The notes under the pieces are model-generated. The model worked only from the letters and a program-made list of their open reading frames with translations, was not told the DNA's origin and made no database searches. From assembly GCA_051362555.1 (NCBI GenBank), contig JBPQGU010000016.1, forward strand, positions 186,001-250,000: a DNA stretch of 64,000 nucleotides, given 5' to 3'. Made by a program: the position numbers and the translations under genes. This document shows, one piece after another, positions 19,801-31,958 of the stretch. Source of the DNA: Lingula anatina. Lineage: Eukaryota; Animalia; Brachiopoda. Every line of letters starts with the position of its first letter. Position 1 is the first letter of the stretch.

Positions 19801-22800
19801 TGAATCACTCTTATTGACACATTTACTCTGACATATACGGGTTTTATTTTTCTTTGGTTTGACACAGCTATTTGACTTAGACATTGATGACGATATTGGT
19901 AACAATAAGTTTCGGTGTAATACTTTGGTTTGTTTTCCACCTTCCCTCTGGACTTGATATACAGGGATTTCTTTGTTGGGCTGGGATAAAACAACGAAAA
20001 CTTCATCTTGCCACCTGTCAGCCAATTTGTGTTTCCCCCCTTCCTTAAATGCCACAGTTTTTACTAAAACTCTGTCACCTGGATGTAGAGTCGCATTTCT
20101 CACTTTTAAATCATACACGTCTTTTTGATTCTTTTGTGCTCTCTGAATATTTTCTTTTGCTAATTGGTGAGCTTTGAACAATTTGGCTTTAAAGTCTTTC
20201 ATATATTGTGTGTACGATTCCTGAGATTTTTTATGGCTATCACTGTCAAGCAAAGTGTCTATAGGAAGACGAGGTTCCCGGCCAAACATTAATGAAAAAG
20301 GTGAGTAACCAGTGGAGTTGTGAATGGTACTATTGTACGCATGAACCAAAAATGGCAAATGACTCTTCCAGTCTTTCTTCTCTTCCTCCTCGAGAGTACC
20401 CAGCATGTTTAAAAGAGTATGATTAAAACGCTCACACATGCCATTTCCCATAGGGTGATAAGGGGTGGTACGACTTTTTTCAATGTTGGCAATTTCACAC
20501 AAATTCTTTATGATAGAACTTTCAAAGTTGCGACCTTGATCGCTGTGCAGACGAGCAGGAAAACCGTAATGCACAATAAGATTTTCAAAGAGCGCTTTTG
20601 CTGTAGTTTTGGCCGTTTGATTTCGGGTAGGGACCGCCAATGCATATCTTGTAAAGTGGTCGGTCATAACTAGAATGCTATCAAAACGACCTTTAGAAGG
20701 TTCAAGGCTCAAGAAGTCTATGCAAACCAATTCCATAGGCTGAGTTGTATGAATATTGACTAGTGTTGCAGCGGGCACTGAAACAGGGGTTTTTCTTTTT
20801 ACGCATCGACCACAAGAACTTATTTTTTCTGATACATCTTTTGCCATAGATGGCCAAAAGAACCTATTTCTTACTAACTGTAAAGTACGGTCTCTTCCAA
20901 AGTGTCCCATATGATCATGTAACATTTCCAAAACATACTCTCTCTTGCATTTCGGCAATACAAGTTGATACATGTATTTCTCACCAACCTTTCTCTTCCT
21001 ATATAACACACCATTCCTCAAAGTCAGATGATTCCACTCATAACACAAACACCGCACTTCCTTGCTTTCATTTTTTAATTGTCTTAGCGATGGTTTGTTG
21101 TTGTTCAGTAAAAATGCAATTACCTTGGAAATACCCCTGTCCGATTCCTGGACAGTTTTCCAATCAATTTGTGAACACATACCCTCTTCATGAGAAAATT
21201 CGGTGACACTTGCAGAGAGTGCTAGTGTATCAATGAAAGAAGGTTCACCTAATACTCCATCAGACACAGCATGAAAGACATTGGAGTGTATTGTGTTAGA
21301 ATGAGGAATTCTTGACATGCCATCCGCATCTTTGTTATTTAGGCCACTTCTGTAAGATATTGAAAAGTTATAATTCCCTAATTCTGCTAGCCATCTGTGC
21401 CCTGTAGCATCCAATTTGGCTGTTGTGAGAATGTAGGTGAGAGGATTGTTGTCTGTGACAACATGAAAAGTTTGGCCATAGAGGTAATCATGGAATTTTT
21501 CAGTGACAGACCACTTTAATGCTAGGAATTCTAATTTATGAGTGGTGTAGTTTCTTTCTGATTGACTTAAACTTCTTGATGCGTAGGCTATCACACGGAG
21601 AGCACCATTTTGCTTTTGATATAGGACTGCACCTAAGCCGCTGTGACTGGCGTCTATGTGCAATTCGAAAGGAAGATTGTAGTCTGCATAGGCAAGGATA
21701 GGTGGTGAAGATAGAATGTCTTTCAGAGTATTGAAAGAGGAAAGATGGGGTTTGCTGAAACAAATATTGTGATTCTTGTCATGTTTTCCCTTCAATAAAT
21801 CGGTAAGAGGTTTGGCAATCTTTGCATAATCTTTCACAAATCTTCTGTAATAACCTGCAAAACCAAGGAATTGTCTTAATTCTTTGAGAGTGGTAGGAAT
21901 GGGCCAATTTTGTAAAGAGTTGATTTTCTCAGGGTCTGTGCAAATTCCATTTTCTGAAATGATGTGACCAAGATATTTCACCTTTCTTTTGAAGAACTGA
22001 CATTTTGAGGCTTTCAACTTCAGACCACACTCATTCAAGCGCTTGAACACTTTTCTTAAACGATCCAAGTGTTCATCAAGTGTACTGGAAAAAACGATTA
22101 TGTCATCCAAGTATATGCAACATTCGCGCATTGTCATGTCACCAAAACAACGTTCCATTAGGCGCTGAAAAGTTGCTGGGGCATTTGTCAACCCAAAAGG
22201 TAAACGATTGCACTCAAAAAGGCCTACATTTGCTACTGAGAATGCCGTTTTCTCTTTATCACTTTCCTCCATTTCAACCTGCCAGTACCCTGACTTCAAG
22301 TCCAGCGAAGAAAACCATTTGGATCCTGCCATATTGTTGAGGATATCATCCACACGAGGCAATGCATACGCATCCTTAATTGTACGGCTGTTTAGTTTGC
22401 GGTAGTCAATGCAAACTCTAAGTTTACCATCCCGTTTTCTTACACAAACCACATTGGAAGACCAGGGACTATGGGATTCACGAATGGCACCACATGCAAG
22501 CATCTCCTTCAGATGTGCTTTGAGTTCCTCATGCACAGCAGGTGGTACACGTCTGCACCGTTCCTTGAATGGTTCATCATTGGAGAGCTTAATTGCATGT
22601 TTCACAAGTGTGGTGTGTCCTAAATCTGTATCAGACTTTGAAAATACACACGACCATTCATCCATCAACTTTTTCACTTTTTCCTTTTCACCAACTGTAA
22701 GATCACTACCAGCCAACATTTTTTCAATCTCGTTGCTGTCACAAGCATCATTGTCAACACATTGATTAGATATATGACTGATCTCACTCACTTGCGCAAC

Positions 22801-25800
22801 AACACACTTGGCAGGTATATTCACACACTTTTGACTGACGTTCGTGATTTCAACTGGGATTTTTGAACTACCATTCACTTCAATCAAACCGGGTGTCAAC
22901 ATCAAACCACCAGGAAGATTATTATGAGACTCTACCAACAATGGGATTTTGCAACCATAGGCAACCCTCAGAAATCCATGTACAATGACTGATTGATTCG
23001 GATGTAATTCAACAGATTTTGTAGAATGCACCAGATTGGACTTAAAAGGAGATTTTAAATCATTGACCTGGTTCATGATGTTTGTTCCTATCACCACAGG
23101 CACCTTCATATTGTACTCGGTGTCAGGCACAACAAGAAAGATTGCTGACATAGAAATTGGACTTTCTGAAATTCTAGAAAAATTCTGAAATAAAGAAAAA
23201 TCTGCTTCTATGTAACCAGTATAGGGTAATATCATTCCATTTGCACCATGAATTGTTATCAAATTTTCCATAGGCATGATATCCCTGTGTTTCATATGCT
23301 TATCAACAAATGAAATTGCTACTGTAGACACCATTGACCCAGTATCCCACAATCCAATACAAGGGACTTCATCAACCTGAATATGAAATTCATTAGCTGG
23401 GCCTACAATGTTTTCAATGGGGCTGGTGTTCACCTTTCCCAACAATTGCCCCTTGTTTTGCTGAGAACGAACTAGTTTAAAGAAGGACAGTTTCTTTGAA
23501 TATGCCCCCCTTTACCACATTTGTAGCATTTCACCTCCCTTTTCCTTCTCTCCTGTTTCATTTCCAGTTTTTCAATACGTTCATTCATTTTTGTGATTTG
23601 TTTAATTAACTCATCCATTTTATCAGAAATATCTGACTGAGGTGTGGAAACCGAAGAAGCAGTTTGGGATTCACAATGAACAGGTTTGGAAGAAGATACT
23701 GTAGTCTGGGCTCTACTTTGTACAGGCTTAGACACAATTTCCTGTTCTAAAACTCTTGCAGCAGTAAGTAATTTTGCAAAAGAGTCACCGTTATCAAATT
23801 TATGTCTCAAACCATTTTTGACATAAGCAGACGATAACCCTTTGTAAAATTTATTTCTGAGCATGTTGTTATGCACCTCTGGTTCCTGCAAATTTTCTGT
23901 ATCTGAAATAGAAGACAAAAGTTTTTCTAACCTGCATGCCCAGAGTGTGATGCTTTCGTTGGGATTTTGTTTTGCTGAAAAAAACTTTTCATATAAATCT
24001 TCCGCCGGCAATACGTCGCCAAAATGTTTATTCATCATGTCCAGCACTGCTGTAACACCTGCCTCATGACCTAGGCTAAGTAAAAGTTCACATGCCACTC
24101 CCTTTAGTGATTTTCTTATTGCCTGCAAAATCATGGATTCATCATATGATTCATCCTTTAATAGAGCTTCCACCTCATATTTCCATTGCTTATATGAAGC
24201 CTCTCCCATTTGAGTACCCCCTGAAAATTTTACCAAATAGGGTATTGCAGTTGTTCTAATCATTACTTCAGACGGGGATTTGTGGGGCTTAGGGGTGGAA
24301 TGAGAAAAGTGTATTTTCCTTTTGGTCTTAGAAGAACTGAAACCAAAACGAGAAGTTCCAACATTTCCAGAGACACCAATGTCGCCTGGAGATTTATATA
24401 CAGGTTCCTCCGACTCATGATCAGAATCTGAAGACTCCATTTCAAGAAATGAGATGCACAGTACAGCAATAAAAGAAATGTAAAAATTACAGGCAAGTCC
24501 CGATTGATATCAGAATAGATGAAAGAATGCGAAATAAACAGTTCTAGAAAAAGAATGGTGAGGTTTAGTATAGCTTAATTTGCCATGATACAAATAAATA
24601 AATAAATAAATACGTTTCTTTTTCTATTTACACACAAATAAAATTGAAAATTATCAATGAGTGTACTATCAAACAAATGAAAACTATCCGACCTATCGGT
24701 CTACTGTCATTACCAAATTATGACTACAACGGATAGTAAATCCTATCAAAAGTGATAAGAAATATAATCAAACCAAAACCAGCACACTGATAAACTAGGT
24801 CAACTAAGTTTATACGTATTTCACTGCTACCAAGAAATAAAGGCTTAGCAGTAACACCGGCAATGCTGAATCAACGCTACTAATTACTGTGAAATACACA
24901 CTACTACGATACAAAGTGGAGTGGAATCGCGGTTGTTGTTCGCTGTAGCGTAACTTGATTTTGGTATTGTTCACTGTAGCGTAACTTGATTTGAGGGTTG
25001 TTCACTCATGCATAACAACAACACACCTTGAAAATAGTTGTCTCGTGCTACCCAGGTGTAAGTGAACAGCAAAAAATAAAATGTAATGTTCCTAATGAAA
25101 AATAAGAGTCTATATACACTATTATTTACATACGCTAATGCACAAGAGAGTTAACATAATATTACTCCGGTCAACAAAAACAACAAAACTGTAACGGGAA
25201 GTAATATCCACTAAACTACTCTCGTAAACAATCAGCAAACAAACAAACAAACAATGTGTTATGAAAATTTCACCTTGACAGACTAACAATCGACAATGGA
25301 CTTAAAGGCAGTCCTGTGATTAGACCAACTAATGTAGCTTGCTTTTTCCCTCCGCACATGCGTAATTCACCTTAGGGTTTTCAGTTTTCAGAAAAACACA
25401 TCACAAATTACTATACACACAATGACTTACTCACTGATAGGGTCAAGAGGTGAATATAAGGGACATTATATGGGCAAAACCACAATATCATATAAATAAT
25501 GTACGTCTATCAACGGAAACTTGTCCAAGCTAGAAATACCGATAGCTTCTGATTATATGGTTCACAAATTATACCAAAATCAGCAAAGACAATTTTTACA
25601 AGGACAATGTACTTCAACTAATCAAATGGGTAATAAAACAGTCACTCAATCAATGTCAATATATAAGAAACACATTGAACAGCATCCACAACTTTAGATG
25701 CACATTTATATACAGTTCGCAAAGGCAAATTGTCACTGGTGGACTCATCCAATCATCAATGATTCAATATCAATGTCAACGACTTGCAAAAGTCATATAC

Positions 25801-27964
25801 ATATATACAGTCAATTGTTGCAACTTACGTGAAGTATCTGCTTTATTACTTCACCTTTCTCCACTCAGTCTGAGCTCAGATCAGAATAGACGTCTGTTTT
25901 CGGCCAAATTTTCAAGGACCAGGTTTCGGGGATGAAGGCGTTCTCTGTTGAAGAGGGTACTTCAGGTCTACGCCACGACGCTCTCATGTAGAGGTTCAGA
26001 GGTTACCAAAGTGATGTTCACACCAACCGACGCTCTGTTGTAGAGGTTCAGAAGTTACTGAAGCGATATTCACACCAAACGATCGTCCACGCTCTGTTGT
26101 AGAGGGAACCATATGCGAGAGGTCCCGGGTTCAACTCCCGGACGAGCCCCCATGTGTCACAGTTTGTTTTAATTGGATGAATAACAAACTTCTGTGTAAT
26201 AGACAAGGATTTATTTGACCTGTAGAATAAAGGAAGTAAATGTATGACCGTGCTGGTCAGATACAAGTGACAAAGTCAATCTTTGTTATAGTGAATAAAA
26301 CATTTAAACAAAATAACTAATTAAATAACCAAACCCGTTTAATAGTATAAATAACTAAACAAATAGCTTACTAACAATGTATCATGGCAATTTACATTTA
26401 AAAAAAATACTCAGCTCACCTGTAGAATAAAGGAAGTAAATGTATGACCGTGCTGGTCAGATACAAGTGACAAAGTGAAAAGGGCGCGGCAAACGACTAC
26501 GACTAAGATCACGTGAAGATGATTCTCATCACGTGTGAGAAGTAACCAATGAACGCACACCAAAGAGAGAAAGAAAGAAAGAAGAAATAGATAAATGAAT
26601 ATAGTAAAAATACACGAAACCATACACTGTCACAATTGTAAAAAAAAAAAAAAATTCACCAGGTAAAATTCACTCAGTATTAAAATTTATCTTAAAAACG
26701 GGATGAGTTAAATTTCATAATTGTCAGGGGCCGAAGACCCAGATATATCGCACCTAAGCCGCCTCCGAGAGCCATACGGTTCATACTAGTAAATTTATTC
26801 TCAGATATAAGGTTCGTTTTGCATACCTGTAAACTCCTAAGGGTTTATCTTACATAGAAATGTGATTTAACATCGTTTAAATCATAAATCGGCATGAAAT
26901 AATTGACGTTTGAAAACAGACACAACTTCTTTGCTGCACTTGAAATGACCTCCTTAGCTATAAATATGATCCTATCACCTTGCGACATTGCATCATTCGA
27001 TCGATATACATGAGTAGTTGTCACTGCTGAAGGGAAAGCACGTCTATTTATAGAAACTGAAATCAGGTGACGCATGTACTGTTGTGTTCAGAGAGCGACT
27101 TCCGCTTGACCTACTTTCCAGTGCTGTTTGTGGAACAGTAGGTAATGAGTTGAGATCTCGATTTTCTTCTCATTATACTTCAATTTAAGAAAATAAAAAG
27201 CGTGACTTGTACTTGTGTAATTTCCCACCGGTACAATAGGTATTTAATAAACATACCGGGTGGAAGATTTTTGAAAAATTAATAAGCGTACTGGGTGAAA
27301 GTGGAGCGTACCGGCGGGAAGAAATTTGGAAAATTAATTAACGTACCGGTACGTTTATTTGATACTTTTAGTTTATTTCAGAGTAATTCTTGCACCCTCA
27401 AAAGATTGTCGGTCCTAAGATCTACCGAGTGAGCCACAAATTCAGACAGTTCTTCTTTATTTAAACCACTCCAAGTCAGTTGTACTAATAAAGAAGCGTG
27501 CCGTAATATGTACAGTGCGATGATAGTTATGTAGTTACGTAACGGCCTAGGAGAGCTTAATTTGATAAAAAAAGACCTTTAGTTTAAAAATATGAACTTA
27601 CTGAATATATAGACATCTGAGATATAACATTAGTTTCAGTTTAGTCTGCCCTTTACAGCACAACCGAGGACGCGGAATTTGGTCCGCCCTTTACAGCACA
27701 ACCGAGGACGCGTGTGTATAGCTCGATTTCAGACAAAAAGTTGGACAGTATTTCTGATACACTCGTGGCGGGAATTTGGCCCGCGCTATACAGCATAACC
27801 GAGGACTGGCTCAGAATAGCGTCAAATTTCACCACCTAACTTGAAATGGGCCCCTTTATGCATTCCACTGCTTATGTCAACCGAGGACGTCCTCGGTTGG
27901 AGGTGTGTCCTCGGTTAGTGGGTTTCGGGCGGGTGTGTGTCCTCGGTTAGAATGCGTGCACAAG

Positions 27965-28004
<40 letters not shown>

Positions 28005-31000
28005 GAAAAAAATATATACCTCAGTACTGTGATTTTTTGACAATTGGGAGCCAAAAATGTCTTTTAAGATCGAGATCAGTGCTGGCAACCCCCTGGACCC
28101 ATGCCATATTTTTACAGTTTTTCTTTGTTTTGTTACTGTTTTGGATTCTGTCAAGGTACTTGGCCTCCCCTTCAGAAACCACACCTACTTCTCATTCTGA
28201 TGGGTTTATTCTTTCTTTTTGAAGGTTGCTTTCTGGTGTCCCTGAATCTTACATCTTTTCTCTGGACCGGGATGGAAAGTTTGCTGTCAGAGATGGTCTT
28301 AAATTTTCTCACTTAACACAGGTAAGTTTTTTTCCTGAACTTTTTCTAGCCACCAGCTTGTGTTTCAAGTCAGTGTGACTGTTAATTGTTAATTGAATGT
28401 TGCTGGTAAAAAACAATTAACACCAATTTCTTTCACTTATAAATTGATCTTCTAGGAAAGTTTGCTGGCTTTTCTGAGGAAAATGACAACATACGGCAAT
28501 ATAGTGCATCAACTGCAGCAATTTGTGGAGGCGGTGCTCATGAATAGTTACCATGACAACAGTGTGGCAGCTGTCAGTCAAACTCACCAGGCCTATGCCA
28601 CCACTACTGCCACCTATTTACAAAACTTGAAAAAACAGCTGACTATATTGGAGAAACAAGCCATGGCACAGGGTAGGGGTTTTATTTTATTTGTACCACC
28701 ACTGTGAGCACTGGGTGTAATTATGGTTTGAGCTCTTAGTTTTATTTAATTTTATGTAATTTTATTTTATTCAAATTTTATTTTTATTACTTTTTCATAC
28801 ATGATGAATTAAGTTGTGTTAAGTGCTAAAAAGAATATTTAAGAGGTATAAGGATTTTTATACTGTCATCACATTAACCATGCCATACCAGTATACCATG
28901 TTATTGCGTGTTTAAAATGAACTGTTGATCATTATTATATATTTGCCACATTAATTGTTCCATTTACATATACCCCTCTTAATTCTTGTATTGAGATATG
29001 AGATGTTGGTTGCCAAGATCTTTGAAAATTTATAAAATCTGTGTTATGACAATTTCCAGAGGAGACCATGACCTTGCTGACCTTGACCCATAACCTTCGA
29101 CCTAGATTCCACGAGCTGGAGGTCCTGCACAGAGTACACCAAGAGGGTATTGTCAGCTGTAGGGGGAGCCACTCAGAACAGGCCTCTCACCTCCTCAGCA
29201 CTCTGTATGACACCATATGTGAATATGACTCCACTGGAGAGGATGGGGTTCTGACAGTAAGTGTGGATGTGTTTGTTTGTGTGTTTGCATGCATGCATGT
29301 GAGAGTATGTATGTGTGTGCTTGTGAGTATGTGCGAATTTATATGTGTGCTTGTGCCAAATTATTTGACAGCGCAACTTAAGAGAGGGAAAGTGTACTTT
29401 TCTTTGTATATTGTTTTAGTGTGTGTTTGTGTGTGTGTGTGTTTGCATGCATGCATGTGAGAGTATGTATGTGTGCTTGCAAGTATGTGTGAATTTATGT
29501 GGGTGCTTGTGCCAACTTAAGAGAGAGAAAGTGTACTTTTCTTTGTATATTGTTTGTGTGTGTGTGTATATACAAAACATGTTTGTTTACATGGGGGTTA
29601 ATAAATTTTGTATCAAAATGAATACAGTTATTTATTATTATTATTGACTCGCTGGGAGCTTTTGTTGATCATATTTCATGATATTTTTGCAGGTGTCATT
29701 GTTGTTACCACTGTGGATACAGACAGCCAAACCTTACATAGACATCATAGATGGGTGGATTACACATGGGAATCTCACAGATCCTGTCAAAGAATTTATT
29801 ATTCAAAGGTGAATGCATAGCAGATATTCGTTTCCTCCAATATTTCATAAGAAGTCCTCAGGTATATGTAACACACTGGAGAAATTATTATTTGTTATTT
29901 GTCATAGCTCTGCAGAACTCCATAAAGCTTTCATTTATTTATTAATTTATTTTTAACCATTTTTCATTACTTTGTATTGATAAATTGCTGATTATTTTTC
30001 TTTTATAGAAATGATAATGTAAAAGCCCTGGACGAAAAATTCTGGGAGACCGCATTCAGTCTACATTGCAGTCCAACTGTAGAGGGCAGTTCAAGCAGTG
30101 AGGACATCACACCAGGGTTCACTAGTAATCAAGAGGGGACTACCCAGAGTGCTGAGCAGACATACAGGAAGTCCAGTTGGGCTCCCACATTTCTGCGGCC
30201 TGTCTTGAATCATGTGATCTTCGCAGGGAAGTCCATGGAGATGTTTCAGAACCTTGGGAGACTGCTTGATGTAGTAGAAGGTGGGCAGGGTGAGCGCTGT
30301 TATCCATCGTTATCAGTCTCAATTTCAGTGCCCACCTACCCCCAGTATGCGTTACTGCGAGACTGAAGAAGCTGGCTGATAGCATGCCGAAATATTTCAA
30401 GTGATCAGTTTTTGCTTAGTTTACAAGTGATAAAAGAGCTTTTGATCTCTGTCTTGTTCAAAATCGATAAAAGTTTTAAAACATCTATGGGATGCCGTAT
30501 GCAGTATTTGAGTGACAAAATAAATTTTCTGTTTATCAAGAGTTTAGAACAGTTAAAGGGGAATGTTATAAATATGGCATAATATATATTATATATTGTT
30601 TGCTGACAATCTTGAAAGCCAACAAAGACTTACACATATTTTAAGTGATTGTTTAAATAAATATCTCCCATTGCACTCTTCTGTATTATTGTAATTTTTA
30701 ATTCATCTTTATTATTTTATAAGGTTCACACCCCAAGCCTCTGTATGACACTTTTGTGGACAACTTACAAGATTTTCTCGGCCATCAAGATGTGCCTTCC
30801 AAGCCTATGGAGCAGAGCCCACAGAATCATAACACCCTGATCATCACTGCCCATGTTTCTCAACAGATGCTGGTGAAGGGTACCAATGATCCCTTGCTGA
30901 GGGTCAACTTTGCTGGGATATTCAGGTTGACAGCAGGGGATGTGGTGGAAACCAACAGGGAACAATACAAGTAAGATTGCAATTGTCTACCTTAAGGCTC

Positions 31001-31907
31001 GCTCCCAGTGAAACTATCGGTCTACTTATCTACTTACATCGATCCAACTCAGCGGATCACCTCCTCTTATTTCCAACATACTCATGTAATCAACAGCTTT
31101 GTTGTATTCTACTTAACTCCAGGAGGAGGTGTGTGAATCTCTTAATCTGATTGCATTCTGCGAGAGTCCCTGCAGAGTTGGATCGATAGACGTAGACTGA
31201 TAGTTTCATTGGAAATGAGCCCTTAATCTTTGCATTTGATTTTTTATTTAGTTTCATCTTTTTAGGAGGCAGAAAACACCGGTATGCATCAATCTGCTTT
31301 TAATTTAGATGGCAAATATTTGGCCAAACACTAGTCTTCTATGATGCACTGGCAACAATCTTGAAAAGCATAAGGAAAGGAAAACAAACTGATTTAAAAG
31401 CTTTAATATCGGCAAGTACTGAAAATTTCATTTAACATGTTGAATCACTTATTTTACAAAAGACATGGAGCAGTTATTTAGAAAAAAGTATACTTTAGTT
31501 TTTCAGACATGTTAGAGGGAGAAACATTGCAGCCAATCCAGGTGGTCTTACGACATTGTTTGTACCCGCACATTACACAGAAGTACCACAGAGTGTGCAC
31601 AAAGTTACTGGACACCTTGAAAACTGACTACAAAATGCTGCACTACATGGAGACTATGAGGGTACTGTATGTATGCTACAGAGTGTGTACAAAACTTATT
31701 ATGCCAGGGGAATTTTAGGCTGTTAAAGTTTGAAATTATGAGTATGCTACAGAGTTTGAACATACGTAGTTACTGAACATTTTGAAAACTGGTTATGAAA
31801 TGTTGCACAGCATGGAGACTGTGAGGGTATGTTATGCTACAGAGTGTGTACAAAGGAGAATTTGATGCTTTTTTACTTTGAAGTTATGTTTTTATGGTAA
31901 AAGTGTA

Positions 31908-31958
<51 letters not shown>

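Larger units (their letters stand above)
18663..26634 (-). mobile_element. Full-length Ty3/Gypsy LTR retrotransposon, recent insertion
   Basis: Two 480-bp LTRs, identical by eye, with TG...CA ends; 4-bp TSD ATTG (18659-18662, 26635-26638); PBS and PPT present; intact gag and pol in PR-RT-RH-IN order. Confidence 0.97.
16063..27372. mobile_element. Split TIR element or MITE: halves about 16063-16230 and about 27240-27372 bracket the Helentron and Gypsy
   Basis: Left end TACTCTGTAGTATCGAATAAAAGTAC matches the reverse complement of the right end, ACTAAAAGTATCAAATAAACGTAC. Both halves carry AATAA..GTACTGGGTGGAA direct repeats. Confidence 0.45.
13024..27966. mobile_element. Composite CACTA/EnSpm-like non-autonomous DNA element inserted in a (CA)n microsatellite, enclosing nested insertions
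   Basis: (CA)n on both flanks; ends CACTTGT...ACAAGAG. The subterminal motif AACCGAGGAC occurs at 13042, 13070, 13204, 13252, 27662, 27700, 27797, 27879 and inverted at 27889, 27907, 27939. There is a 22-bp perfect inverted match 13198-13219 / 27933-27954. No transposase seen. Confidence 0.6.

Noticed and set aside
26114-26152. tRNA-Pro gene
   Set aside because: Only the 3' half is present, it includes an encoded CCA and it abuts the LTR, so it is a PBS rather than a gene
18919-26623. Identical 70-aa hydrophobic ORFs (18919-19131, 26411-26623)
   Set aside because: They lie within the LTRs and reflect a pyrimidine-rich tract; no evidence for an env or accessory protein
29260-29575. Intronic tandem duplications (also about 50000-50460, 55535-55670, 62800-63000)
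   Set aside because: Ordinary local duplications without junction sequence; kept only as the background against which the echo pattern must be tested
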